Shown here piece by piece: positions 8,614-18,042 of a stretch of 64,000 bases of DNA. Position numbers and translations under genes: made by a program. The stretch comes from a virus. Position 1 is the first letter of the stretch. Every line of letters starts with the position of its first letter. Location of the stretch: the IMG/VR virus record IMGVR_UViG_3300021960_000054, positions 1-64,000 of that record; one strand, given 5' to 3'. The notes below the pieces were generated by a model. That model did not search any database and was not told the origin of the DNA. It saw only the letters and a program-made list of their open reading frames with translations.

Positions 8614-9126
8614 CTAAATCATTTCTATTGCTAGTTCAGTCGTTTCGTTTACTCTACGAGTCCAACCTTTGCCAAATGTATCAAAGGTACTCAAGGATTC
8701 ATAGTAACTCTGTCTCTTAGATTGATAATCTCGGATAGCACCTTCAATACCATTCTCATCAACGTAGTTTGCCACTGCTTTAAGTGTATTAGGACCAATG
8801 CCACCATCCGCCACAGTACCAATCATTCTCTGTAGATATTTGGCGGCACGACCTGTACCAGCATTCACACCAAAATCAAAAACACACAAATCAAGACCAC
8901 TAGGTAAATCATCACCTTTGACGCGATCCCAATAGTTCTTTTTATAGATAGGTGCAACATCTTCAACCGTCAAGTCTTTCATGTTCTTTTCACCACCCCA
9001 CTCCTCATAGACACGTTTGGTGACGCCGAGATTGGTTTCACCTCCAGGGTCTTTTGGATGATTAACATAACCACCCTCATGGTGTAGAATAGTTTCTAAA
9101 CACTTATCATAATTTTTATTTGCCAT
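8614..9126 (-). CDS. Glycoside hydrolase family 108 lysozyme with PG-binding domain
   Basis: HEGGYVNHPKDPGGETNLGVT...FDFGVNAG...DGGIGPNT...FGKGWTRRV. Confidence 0.95.
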   Translation of the reverse strand: MANKNYDKCLETILHHEGGYVNHPKDPGGETNLGVTKRVYEEWGGEKNMKDLTVEDVAPIYKKNYWDRVKGDDLPSGLDLCVFDFGVNAGTGRAAKYLQRMIGTVADGGIGPNTLKAVANYVDENGIEGAIRDYQSKRQSYYESLSTFDTFGKGWTRRVNETTELAIEMI

Positions 9127-9132
9127 CTTAGT

Positions 9133-9294
9133 TTATCCTTTTGTGATGATTGTCCACGCACCATATGCAATAGCAATACCAGCGGCAATCTTTGCTAGTG
9201 GTGATAAGAACAGTACTAGGCAACCTAGAACGATTAGTCCAGCGCCATCCCAACTTGTTCTTTCTTTAATTCTATCTTTAATCCAACTTGTCAT
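9133..9294 (-). CDS. 53-aa two-TM membrane protein (holin candidate)
   Basis: Manual translation MTSWIKDRIKERTSWDGAGLIVLGCLVLFLSPLAKIAAGIAIAYGAWTIITKG; GAGGAG RBS; directly upstream of the lysozyme. Confidence 0.7.
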   Translation of the reverse strand: MTSWIKDRIKERTSWDGAGLIVLGCLVLFLSPLAKIAAGIAIAYGAWTIITKG

Positions 9295-9309
9295 TTTAGT
9301 CTCCTCTTG

Positions 9310-10056
9310 TTAAGCGCATTTCTGCATCTTTTTATCGACACTCTCAAATATACCCTTGTACTCTTTTCGGTTTTTACTTAGTATATATTCACGAACTAGT
9401 CCACTTCTGACAATATCTTCTTCTGTGAAATTAACTGTCTCAAAAGATTTCATAGTTTTTATAATGTCCATAAATTGAATAATACCATTTTGTTCAGTCT
9501 GCTTAACTAAATCGGTTTGCATAAAGTCTCCACAGAATGCAATACGAGAATTTTCACCCACTCTAGTAATGATTGTGTCTAATTCATGAAAGTTTAAGTT
9601 TTGACACTCATCAACAATAATAAAAGCATCTCGTAATGTTATACCTCTAATATATGAAGTTGGTACGAACTCCAATATATCTTGATATTTAGCAAGTTCA
9701 TATGGGTTCTCAATATCAGGAAACAATTCGTCAAATAAAGAATAGTATGGTTCAGTATAAACTGACATTTTTTCTTCCTGCGATCCAGGTAAGAATCCAA
9801 TATCCCTTGTCGGTAACATTGACCTAACGATATAAACTTTTTGCTGGTCCACTCTCCTAGATAGGACTGCTTGCATTGCCAGATATATCATAATGAATGT
9901 TTTACCTGTGCCTGCACATCCATGTAGCATCAAATGTTTTTCGTCATTGAATGCTTCAAATGTTTTTCTTTGATTTTCCGTAATAGGAAGAACCTTCTTC
10001 ATTGAAGTCTTTGTTAAACATTTTGCTTTTACTGCTAGGGATTTAGATTTTGACAT
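9310..10056 (-). CDS. phoH: PhoH-family ATPase
   Basis: HGCAGTGKT, IGFLPG, YIRGITL, IIVDECQN, TRVGENS..FCGD..QTD, DIVRSGLV. Confidence 0.96.
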   Translation of the reverse strand: MSKSKSLAVKAKCLTKTSMKKVLPITENQRKTFEAFNDEKHLMLHGCAGTGKTFIMIYLAMQAVLSRRVDQQKVYIVRSMLPTRDIGFLPGSQEEKMSVYTEPYYSLFDELFPDIENPYELAKYQDILEFVPTSYIRGITLRDAFIIVDECQNLNFHELDTIITRVGENSRIAFCGDFMQTDLVKQTEQNGIIQFMDIIKTMKSFETVNFTEEDIVRSGLVREYILSKNRKEYKGIFESVDKKMQKCA

Positions 10057-10108
10057 GTGTTCTCCTTTATGTAACTGTCATCATAACAAAGAAACATCAC
10101 AGACATAA

Positions 10109-11122
10109 TTAACTAAATGGACATTTACCTCCTGATTTTTTCTGAAATATTTTTCCCAACATTCTATAACCTTTTGATGACCCCCAATTAGCATTAATTG
10201 CGTTTGTTTGAACTCTCTCTTGATAGTTGTCATTATAGTCAATATCACGAACCTCATAAGGCAATTGATGTTTAGGAAAAATATTAAATAAACATAATGG
10301 TTCTTTAAACTGAAGATTTATTTTTGCTCCTTTATGCTTTATCACCATAAACATATTAAAAGTATTATAATAATCTGTTTGAATAATTCCAGGAAGCACT
10401 TCGAAAGGATTCCAACGATAAGGAAGTGGCATCACCATAGTACACATACCAGGAGGAGTTTTAATTCTCCATGGAGATGAAACTTTAATTACCGCTTTGG
10501 AATATTCCTCTGGTAAATCATTAACCATAGTTGAGTATTGATGAGGAGGATGTGTAGTAAGAGTCCACTGGTTGCGTACTTCATTTAATTGATAATGCTT
10601 CCAGTCTCTAACTTCGTCTACATTAAATCCTATACCATACAAATATCGCAACCATTCTGCGCTTGATGATGGATCATCATTCAGATTTTTTAGAGACAGA
10701 TGATCCGCTCCATCTTTACCATCGGCATATGCACTCAGTATCGATGATGTAATTGATGCGGCAGTGGTACCATCTAAACTAGTTTCAATTAAGGCGGCGC
10801 CCCAAAAAGGAACAACATACCCATGTGTTAATATGTCTTGCATACCAGGACACGTTTTAATAGTCTCTCCTGTAGTTCTCCACTCAACGGGATTACCAGT
10901 AGGTAAAAGTTTATTGTGATTACTTTGTGCAGTACGATGATGCATGGGTTCATGCGTTTTAGGTAAATCTCTATACCACTGAGGTATTGCTTTAGAAGCA
11001 GGCACAATAGGTGCCCAATCTGCAAGACCTTCAACCGCAGAATAAAATTCAATCTTTGCGTTTGGATATGACTTCTTTCGCAACCAAGTACCAAAGTCAT
11101 ACATTACATCGCGCACACTCAT
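10109..11122 (-). CDS. Hypothetical protein, paralogue family with 23076 and 35727
   Basis: PASKAIPQWY...TIKTCPG...GYVVP...PWRIKTPPG...LPGIIQTD. Confidence 0.75.
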   Translation of the reverse strand: MSVRDVMYDFGTWLRKKSYPNAKIEFYSAVEGLADWAPIVPASKAIPQWYRDLPKTHEPMHHRTAQSNHNKLLPTGNPVEWRTTGETIKTCPGMQDILTHGYVVPFWGAALIETSLDGTTAASITSSILSAYADGKDGADHLSLKNLNDDPSSSAEWLRYLYGIGFNVDEVRDWKHYQLNEVRNQWTLTTHPPHQYSTMVNDLPEEYSKAVIKVSSPWRIKTPPGMCTMVMPLPYRWNPFEVLPGIIQTDYYNTFNMFMVIKHKGAKINLQFKEPLCLFNIFPKHQLPYEVRDIDYNDNYQERVQTNAINANWGSSKGYRMLGKIFQKKSGGKCPFS

Positions 11123-11424
11123 CGTTTTTTATTTCTATGTTTGTTAAGCACATCTCTGGTCTTTACTTCGGCGTTTGTTTTACTGCGATAACTGTCTAGA
11201 TTAGAACCAGGATTCTTTTCAGCAATTCGTGACATGACTTCTTTGAAACCATCCGACTGCTTATCTTTAATCGAAACACCACCCACAATATTAGGTGCAG
11301 TAACCATTTGGTCTAGTTGTGGATTTGTTTTTTTAAAATCGTCCAGTTCGGATATCTTCATGAAGTGGTCTTCAACTTCTCCGGTTGCGTGATTGATAAA
11401 ACTATATGTTGGCATAATGTACAT
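11119..11424 (-). CDS. FmdB-like small regulatory protein
   Basis: MPTYSF...GEVEDHFMKISE...NP...GFKEVMSRI. Confidence 0.7.
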   Translation of the reverse strand: MYIMPTYSFINHATGEVEDHFMKISELDDFKKTNPQLDQMVTAPNIVGGVSIKDKQSDGFKEVMSRIAEKNPGSNLDSYRSKTNAEVKTRDVLNKHRNKKR

Positions 11425-11992
11425 CTCTATTTAGTGATTGATTGTTGTACCATTGAGGTACATCTCTTTTTTTCCAGTTAGCAAAAGTCTTTTTTGCCTC
11501 ACGATAAAAGTTGCGATAAGCACTGATGCTATCACCTTCTACCATGCATTGTGGGAACTGCTTCATTGCTTGAGGCGGTTCTGTAAAATTAGTATTGGGA
11601 ATATTTGTCGGTACAGTTCTTAGAAGTTCTGACAGAAGCGTATAACTAGCATGGGTCTTTCCGTATCTATAGATGAACTCTTTATGCAACTCAGACCAGA
11701 GGTCGTACAACCACTTATAATGAGAGACAGACTGGCGAACCCAAATAGCAGACGGGTGATTGACATGACACGCTTTATATACAATTTGCTCTGCATTGTC
11801 GTTCTGTAAACGCCATCGTTTTACTTTTCTGTTGTTCTTACTATAATCAGTGTACTCTACGCCGTCAAGCACCCTGTGGGCGGTTGACATGAGTTGTGCA
11901 TACTCAACAAGCATCTTACTGACATGTTTGTCTACATGCCACTCAGCGCACGTTTTAGGGTCATTATGTAGATAGAATATATTCATCATCAC
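11402..11992 (-). CDS. Pyrimidine-dimer DNA glycosylase/endonuclease V-like protein
   Basis: MNIFYL...CAEWHVDKHVSKMLVEYAQLMSTAH...YKACHVNHPSAIWVR...AYRNFY. Confidence 0.85.
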   Translation of the reverse strand: MMMNIFYLHNDPKTCAEWHVDKHVSKMLVEYAQLMSTAHRVLDGVEYTDYSKNNRKVKRWRLQNDNAEQIVYKACHVNHPSAIWVRQSVSHYKWLYDLWSELHKEFIYRYGKTHASYTLLSELLRTVPTNIPNTNFTEPPQAMKQFPQCMVEGDSISAYRNFYREAKKTFANWKKRDVPQWYNNQSLNRDVHYANI

Positions 11993-12047
11993 CTCGTTGT
12001 ATCATTAACTATATTAATATATCATAAAAGAAACACTTTGTCAAGTA

Positions 12048-12317
12048 CTAACTTCTCTCTTCAAGTTTCTTCTGTAGTTTCCTCCAACGCTTAACTGCTT
12101 CTTTTTTCTTACGTTGTTTTGCTTCTGCTGGTTTCTCATAGTACTGTTTTGCTTTTAGTTCTTTGAGTATTCCAGATTTTTGTACTTTCTTCTTAAACAG
12201 ACGCAATGCTTTTTCAACATCGCCGTTGCGTACTGTTACTTCTAGACCCCCATCGCGAGGTCTGTCATCGTTTTTAACGTATCGTCTATTACTGTTGTAG
12301 TTATTTTTATATGCCAT
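12048..12317 (-). CDS. rpsU: Ribosomal protein bS21
   Basis: VTVRNGDVEKALRLFKKKVQKSGILKELKAKQYYEKPAEAKQRKKKEA. Confidence 0.93.
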   Translation of the reverse strand: MAYKNNYNSNRRYVKNDDRPRDGGLEVTVRNGDVEKALRLFKKKVQKSGILKELKAKQYYEKPAEAKQRKKKEAVKRWRKLQKKLEERS

Positions 12318-12329
12318 CTTGATAATGTA

Positions 12330-12959
12330 TCACACTCCTTTACTCATGTCAAGTACTTTTTTTAATCTTGTTACATCTTTACCAAAATTAAACGCAATTG
12401 TAAGTCTACGTTGTGTATAATTCTGTTGTTGCATGGGAACTCTATGAAACATATATCCAGGAAAAAGAACTAACTTTCCAGGTTGCGGTAATACAGTATA
12501 TATTGGTTTTGTAAATTCAGTTCGCTTCTCTTCAATTGTATAATATCTCTGATGAAATGTATATTCATTTGGATTTATAAATTGGGTTGGTGTTAAGTCA
12601 GGAGTGGCATAGTATATTGCACATAAATCATGAGTTCCATGATGGTGACTTTCTTGCCAATGTTCATTTTCATAAAGATTGTACCAAAAATCTTCTACAA
12701 GATACTCATCCGATTTCCATCCAACAGTTTCTAAAAATTCTGTGCCCGCTTGAGTGACCTGCTCAAGTAAGTCTATATTATTTGACATTATCTCATCATT
12801 CAATTCCACGTTATTATATGATGAAGTAACATCGCACTGCCAACTGTTTAAGTCTTTAACTCTATCAACAGTACTGACAACATTAGATACTAATTTTTCA
12901 TTATCAATATTAAGCGTCACTTCACCTATAGGGTGAGCAAATAACGAATTCATAATCAT
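12330..12959 (-). CDS. Putative 2OG-Fe(II) oxygenase (TIGR02466-like)
   Basis: FWYN...QESHHH...CAIYY...PGKLVLFPGYMFHRV...RLTIAFN. Confidence 0.87.
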   Translation of the reverse strand: MIMNSLFAHPIGEVTLNIDNEKLVSNVVSTVDRVKDLNSWQCDVTSSYNNVELNDEIMSNNIDLLEQVTQAGTEFLETVGWKSDEYLVEDFWYNLYENEHWQESHHHGTHDLCAIYYATPDLTPTQFINPNEYTFHQRYYTIEEKRTEFTKPIYTVLPQPGKLVLFPGYMFHRVPMQQQNYTQRRLTIAFNFGKDVTRLKKVLDMSKGV

Positions 12960-12963
12960 ATTA

Positions 12964-13551
12964 TTATTCCAAATCTTCTTTTACTATATCTTTTCTTGTT
13001 AAATCTCTCGCTAAGTAATCATCTTCTGAGATAGGAGCAAAAATACTTCTTTTAATTACTTTGTATTGTCCTCGTTCCACAACATGTTTTGATTGCTCAT
13101 GCCCACCGGTCATCATAATTACTGCAATTCTACCTGCGGCCTCGCTTCTAACTCTTTTAACCCAACCCCTTTCATTTATGACCTTTGTATCCTCATGGTC
13201 AGTAATGAGAACAACATCACCAGGCATAACTTCACAATCAGGACTCCACTTATTTCCCCATTGGTCAAGAAAGTTTCCATCTTTATCAAAATCAACATCA
13301 CATCTAAATTTAAATCCTGCAGGAGGTTGAGGTCTTAAACCTGCGTCTGCTTGCTTTCTTAATATTCTAGAATCCTCAGAAACTAAGATATAGGGAGACG
13401 CCGCAGAGTGTACTTCATGATTGTGCAAATGTCCAACTCTAGTAACTTGACTATCTCCATTAATGTTAGGTTTAACTCTACTACCACCAGTCGTGTATTG
13501 AATTTTCTTATTACCAACAATTCTACGTTGGGTAATATCATAATCGCTCAT
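12964..13551 (-). CDS. Hypothetical protein
   Basis: ORF track; GAGG RBS; late promoter at 13593-13600 (-). Confidence 0.7.
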   Translation of the reverse strand: MSDYDITQRRIVGNKKIQYTTGGSRVKPNINGDSQVTRVGHLHNHEVHSAASPYILVSEDSRILRKQADAGLRPQPPAGFKFRCDVDFDKDGNFLDQWGNKWSPDCEVMPGDVVLITDHEDTKVINERGWVKRVRSEAAGRIAVIMMTGGHEQSKHVVERGQYKVIKRSIFAPISEDDYLARDLTRKDIVKEDLE

Positions 13552-13571
13552 TTTTCATACCTCTCAAAAAA

Positions 13572-13600
13572 TATAAATACTTTCATACAGATTATTTATA
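13572..13600. promoter_or_regulatory. Pair of oppositely oriented T4 late promoters
   Basis: TATAAATA at 13572-13579 (+) and 13593-13600 (-) between divergent genes. Confidence 0.75.
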
Positions 13601-13612
13601 CGAGGAAAAATA

Positions 13613-14320
13613 ATGTCTAAGAAATTTACAGATATTAAAGACGCAATTGTAAAAGAACAAATTGCAGATTTAAATGAAGGTGTTTATGATCCAGGTATTT
13701 TCAAAGCATTCTTCTTAGCAGGCGGACCTGGTTCAGGTAAGTCTTATGTTCAAAAACAAACAACTGGCGGTATGGGTCTCAAAGTAGTTAACTCGGATGA
13801 CATTTATGAGAAGATGTTAAAAGATGCTGGTATGGATACAACACCAGAAGATATCTACTCAGACAAAGGTCAAGAAATTCGCGGACAGGCAAAGAAAGTG
13901 ACAAAAGCAAGACAATCAAATTTTTTAATGGGTCGTCTTGGTGTTGTTATTGATGGTACTGGCAAAGACTTTGAGAAAATTCAAAGACAAGCGGCGTCAC
14001 TAAAGCAACTCGGTTATGATACTTATATGATTTTTGTTAATACTTCAGAAGAAGTTGCACAAGAAAGAAATCAAGCAAGAAAAAGAACACTACCAAGAGA
14101 AGAAGTCAAATCAATGTGGATGGATGTTCAAAAGAACATTGGTGCATTTCAGCGTTTCTTTGGTAGCAAGAACTTTATCATTCTCGACAACAATGGTCCT
14201 AATGATGATATTCTACAAATGGTCTTTAAGAGAGTTCGTAACATGGTCAACACTCCAGTTAAGAACTACATTGCAAAGCAGTGGATTGCTAACGAACTAG
14301 AAAAGAAAAGAAGGAGATAA
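13613..14320 (+). CDS. P-loop kinase (zeta toxin/AAA_33/Pnk-like)
   Basis: FLAGGPGSGKS Walker A, VNSDD, VIDGT, ERNQARKR lid motif. Confidence 0.85.
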   Translation: MSKKFTDIKDAIVKEQIADLNEGVYDPGIFKAFFLAGGPGSGKSYVQKQTTGGMGLKVVNSDDIYEKMLKDAGMDTTPEDIYSDKGQEIRGQAKKVTKARQSNFLMGRLGVVIDGTGKDFEKIQRQAASLKQLGYDTYMIFVNTSEEVAQERNQARKRTLPREEVKSMWMDVQKNIGAFQRFFGSKNFIILDNNGPNDDILQMVFKRVRNMVNTPVKNYIAKQWIANELEKKRRR

Positions 14321-14330
14321 TTCTCCTTCT
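14309..14330. terminator. Hairpin between convergent genes
   Basis: AGAAGGAGA-taat-TCTCCTTCT perfect inverted repeat. Confidence 0.6.
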
Positions 14331-14332
14331 AC

Positions 14333-14530
14333 TTAGTTGTCACCCAACATTATTCTTTTTGCCTCTTCATGGTAACCCATTTGTGATAATGCATGTGCCG
14401 CTCTTGCACGTCCTACAGTCTCACTAATTGTGATTGCAAATACTAAACCCGCAATAAATGCAGTTCTAATCACCTCACATGCTTTGCATGTGTATTCATA
14501 ACTGTTGTGTAATGCTATGCCAATCGACAT
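14333..14530 (-). CDS. Small hypothetical protein
   Basis: AGGAG RBS; GRARAAHALSQMGY. Confidence 0.65.
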   Translation of the reverse strand: MSIGIALHNSYEYTCKACEVIRTAFIAGLVFAITISETVGRARAAHALSQMGYHEEAKRIMLGDN

Positions 14531-14536
14531 TTATTT

Positions 14537-14698
14537 CTATCTCCTGTATTTTATATAATTGTTATAGTACGCAAGCGCATCATCGTCTTGTAGATGTTTT
14601 GTATCATTAGAAAATTCAGTTCTAATAAAACGAATAATGTCCGAGTTTGGATTTGATCCTACTAATGTATTGAATAAATTTTTGAACAAGTTCTTCAT
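14537..14698 (-). CDS. Small hypothetical protein (start MKNLFK)
   Basis: ORF track, internal ATG with AAGG RBS. Confidence 0.55.
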   Translation of the reverse strand: MKNLFKNLFNTLVGSNPNSDIIRFIRTEFSNDTKHLQDDDALAYYNNYIKYRR

Positions 14699-14892
14699 GC
14701 TATTAACCTTAAACGCCCGCACCACTTTTGACTTGACCCCTTGGCACAAGTCATATATACTAGTGTATAGTGTGATGATGTTGTACAGTATTGCACTGCA
14801 CAAATCTATTTATACAAGAGACTATAAAAAAGGTCAATAGTATTGATGTTTTTTTAGAATAACACATGTGACAAAAACGCACAAGTAACATA

Positions 14893-15570
14893 ATGGAGCA
14901 TATAATGAAAGTAAAGTTGATTTCATATTCACAACCACCACTCGGTGACATTGAAGGTTTAGATGATGTACAAGACTTAATCGCTTATTGCGCGAGAGTA
15001 TCAAACCCTAGCGGACAGATGAACTCCGCAACATCTAAAAAACTTCTATCATATCTAGCAAAGCATAGTCATTGGTCACCTTTTGAGATGGTGTCTGCTT
15101 GTTTAGAAATTGAGACTACAAGAGATATCGCAAGACAAATTCTAAGACATCGTTCATTCAGTTTTCAAGAGTTTAGTCAACGGTATGCTAATCCAACAGA
15201 AGATTTAGAGTTTGTAATTAGAGAAGCGAGATTGCAAGATGAAAAAAATAGACAAAACAGCATCGCCACAGAGGATGAAATTCTACAAGAAGCATGGGCG
15301 GCAAGACAAAGAAGTGTTATTGATGAAGCAAATAGTGCTTATCAATGGGCAATCGAAAACGGTATTGCTAAAGAGCAAGCAAGAGCAGTCTTACCAGAAG
15401 GTAATACTATGTCACGTTTGTACATGAATGGTACACTTCGTTCTTGGATGCATTACATTGAACTTCGTGCCGCCAATGGAACACAGTTAGAGCATATTGA
15501 AATTGCGAAAGCATGTGCAGAAGTGATTGCAGGTATATTTCCACTTGCCGAGGACTTAGTAAATGATTAA
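14893..15570 (+). CDS. thyX: Flavin-dependent thymidylate synthase
   Basis: CARVS, HWSPFE, RQILRHRSFSFQEFSQRY, EQARAVLP, GTLRSW, TQLEH. Confidence 0.97.
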   Translation: MEHIMKVKLISYSQPPLGDIEGLDDVQDLIAYCARVSNPSGQMNSATSKKLLSYLAKHSHWSPFEMVSACLEIETTRDIARQILRHRSFSFQEFSQRYANPTEDLEFVIREARLQDEKNRQNSIATEDEILQEAWAARQRSVIDEANSAYQWAIENGIAKEQARAVLPEGNTMSRLYMNGTLRSWMHYIELRAANGTQLEHIEIAKACAEVIAGIFPLAEDLVND

Positions 15571-16111
15571 TCGCATTGGATATACGGGTTCTCCTGGTTC
15601 ATGGGTGGGGGGAAATCAATATGAAGTCTACAAATCAGATACGATTATTAACAATCAAGAACTTCTAATAGAACATCTACTAGAATTTCATCATAATACA
15701 GAGTATAGAACAAGTAATTTTGATACTTATAATATATTCACAGAATGGACTACCGATACAATGTATGATTTGTTTACAAATGTTAAAGATGTGGTTCGCA
15801 CTCATTTACCAAAGGGAAGACTTTGGTTACAAGCATGGGTAAATGTACACAAACAGAATGAGTGTCTAGATTGGCATCATCATCATTTCCCTTTTCATGG
15901 ATACATATCAATCGATCCAAAGAATACAACTACAGAGTTTGCAAAATGGAAAGTAAAGAATAGCGTAGGAAATATATATTTTGGACACGGCGGAAAAGCA
16001 AACGAGCATAAGGTTACAGTTAATGAACCATACGATGACTATCGCATTACAATAGGATTCGATGTGCAGTCGGTTGCAACTCAAGGAAGAAATAAATTTA
16101 TACCGATATGA
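15563..16111 (+). CDS. Putative 2OG-Fe(II) oxygenase
   Basis: QAWVN...WHHH...HGYISI...EHKV...RITIGFD. Confidence 0.8.
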   Translation: MINRIGYTGSPGSWVGGNQYEVYKSDTIINNQELLIEHLLEFHHNTEYRTSNFDTYNIFTEWTTDTMYDLFTNVKDVVRTHLPKGRLWLQAWVNVHKQNECLDWHHHHFPFHGYISIDPKNTTTEFAKWKVKNSVGNIYFGHGGKANEHKVTVNEPYDDYRITIGFDVQSVATQGRNKFIPI

Positions 16112-16727
16112 TAAAGGAAAAAAGATGATTGAAGAAATATTTCCAACACCAATTATGGTCGTGGACTTATCTGAAATGTTAGATATGACAGATGTTCATG
16201 AAAGATGCCTAAAGATTATTAGTCAACCCAACCATGTATGCGAACACGGACTAGTACCAAAAGGAGTGAGTTCGTACAATTCTAACACACCAGTTATTAC
16301 AAATGATAGCATCAAAGATGTGAAAAACATAATTATGATGCAAGTAAGACAACTAGAAAAAGCATTAGCAATTTATCCATTAGAGTTTACTAATAGTTGG
16401 ATTAATATTATGCCAAAAGAAAGTACCATTGGGGCGCATCTACATCCATATTCAGTTATCAGTGGAGCGTTCTATTTGAATGCTGGAGAAGGTGCAGGTG
16501 AATTTGTGATTGAAAATCCTTTATATCATAGTCAAATGATGATGCAATCTCAAGGTAAGTCTGAATACACAAAAGTTTTTCAGTCGATTGAGGCAAAGAC
16601 AGGACGACTAATTCTGTTTCCTAGTTATCTAAAGCACCACGTTAAAGGTAATAACTATGAAGGACGCACAGTCATGAGTTTCAATACCAATTACGATAGA
16701 AGAATTGACCTCAAAGGTTCAATATAA
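16062..16727 (+). CDS. Putative 2OG-Fe(II) oxygenase (TIGR02466-like; likely start MIEEIFPTP)
   Basis: SWIN...HLHPYSVISGAFY...GRLILFPSYLKHHV...RTVMSFN. Confidence 0.9.
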   Translation: MCSRLQLKEEINLYRYDKGKKMIEEIFPTPIMVVDLSEMLDMTDVHERCLKIISQPNHVCEHGLVPKGVSSYNSNTPVITNDSIKDVKNIIMMQVRQLEKALAIYPLEFTNSWINIMPKESTIGAHLHPYSVISGAFYLNAGEGAGEFVIENPLYHSQMMMQSQGKSEYTKVFQSIEAKTGRLILFPSYLKHHVKGNNYEGRTVMSFNTNYDRRIDLKGSI

Positions 16728-16781
16728 ATTAAAAAAAATTATAAGTCGTTGTTTTAACACAACATTTATTTTCACTTTTAT

Positions 16782-16837
16782 GTGGATTTCTCTTGACATT
16801 ACGGTAAACATCTGTTATATTGTATATGTAAGATGAG
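16782..16837 (+). promoter_or_regulatory. Early sigma70 promoter cassette
   Basis: GTGGATTTCTC-TTGACA-N17-TATATT...TAAGATGAG. Confidence 0.85.
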
Positions 16838-16863
16838 ATTGAAACTTAAACGGAGAAAACATT

Positions 16864-17295
16864 ATGGCGTATATTTCACAAGAAACTAAGAAAGAACTTG
16901 CTCCTGCTATTAAAGCGGTTGCTAAGAAGTACGGTGTCAAAGTTACTATCGGTGTTAACCATCACTCTTCTTTAGTTGTTCGCATCAAAGAAGGTGTGCT
17001 TGATTTTATCGGTGCCGCTAATGCTCATAACAAAGTTGTTGCACAGCGCCGTGGTTATGGTGACCAAGAATTTAGTGTGAGTGACAACTTCAGCATTAAT
17101 CCTTACCATGATGAGCGTCATTGGACAGATGTTGGTTTTGAAACTGAAGCAAAGTTTGTTGCTGAAATGGTTGCGGCAATGAAAGGTAACAAGTGGTACG
17201 ACAACAGTGATGCAATGACTGACTACTTCGACACTGCTTATTACCTTGACCTGAATGTTGGTCGTTGGGATACACCTTACGTTTATACTGCTTAA
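16864..17295 (+). CDS. Early hypothetical protein (LPD-type polyvalent-associated domain-like)
   Basis: MAYISQETKKELAPAIK...YDNSDAMTDYFDTAYY; GGAG RBS. Confidence 0.75.
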   Translation: MAYISQETKKELAPAIKAVAKKYGVKVTIGVNHHSSLVVRIKEGVLDFIGAANAHNKVVAQRRGYGDQEFSVSDNFSINPYHDERHWTDVGFETEAKFVAEMVAAMKGNKWYDNSDAMTDYFDTAYYLDLNVGRWDTPYVYTA

Positions 17296-17601
17296 TTGAG
17301 GAGACTATATATTATGAATGCAAAATTAACCGCGGTGCTTAAAGCACTTTCATCAATCGATAACCAGGAAGACTTGAACGTGATTGCTCAAGCATGGAAA
17401 AATCAAATGAACATCATTGCGAAATCTCGCAAGCGTACCGTTGCTAAAGGTATGACCATTGAATGGACCAATCGTGGGTTCACTCAAAAAGGAACTGTTC
17501 AAAAAGTTAACCGTACTACTGTTGATGTTATTGCTACGGGCGCAACTCCGTTCGGTAAGACTGTCACTCGCGTTCCAATGTCGATGATAACTGCAGTTTA
17601 G
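17296..17601 (+). CDS. Early hypothetical protein with SH3-like C-terminus (likely start MNAKL)
   Basis: GTVQKVNRTTVDV motif; GAGGAG RBS. Confidence 0.7.
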   Translation: MRRLYIMNAKLTAVLKALSSIDNQEDLNVIAQAWKNQMNIIAKSRKRTVAKGMTIEWTNRGFTQKGTVQKVNRTTVDVIATGATPFGKTVTRVPMSMITAV

Positions 17602-17748
17602 GAGGAGGTTTTAATGTTACCTGATTAAAAGGTTTTATTTGTTTCTGAAAAGGGGACACCCTATATAGCATTCAGATAATGCAAAACCGTTGCCACTTCG
17701 GTAATAATAGTGGTAAAAGTAAAAAAAGTTATTTACCATAAAAAGTAC

Positions 17749-17777
17749 TTGACTTTAGTAACAACATATAGTATATT
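17749..17777 (+). promoter_or_regulatory. Sigma70 promoter
   Basis: TTGACT-N17-TATATT. Confidence 0.7.
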
Positions 17778-17817
17778 AAAAAACTTCGGAACTACTTAGA
17801 CGCAACAGGAGATTACG

Positions 17818-18042
17818 ATGCGCTACTTGAAGAAACATGAGATGCGGATGGAAGACTTACCATCTTATAATTTTAAAGGGTTTGTATACGCACCCACTAC
17901 ACACGCTGGTCGTGTCTATCATACTGTCTATAGTAACTATAGATATGTGACAGACTTATCAGGTCCCACCAATGCAGTATTTTCTAAAAAGGAATTTATC
18001 GATGTCATCCAAAAAGGATTTAACCGATTCCGTAATCGGTAG
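17818..18042 (+). CDS. Hypothetical protein
   Basis: AGGAG RBS; ORF track. Confidence 0.65.
   Translation: MRYLKKHEMRMEDLPSYNFKGFVYAPTTHAGRVYHTVYSNYRYVTDLSGPTNAVFSKKEFIDVIQKGFNRFRNR

Noticed and set aside
13613-14320. Zeta toxin-antitoxin module
   Set aside because: No adjacent antitoxin-like gene in the same operon; a generic P-loop kinase call is safer.
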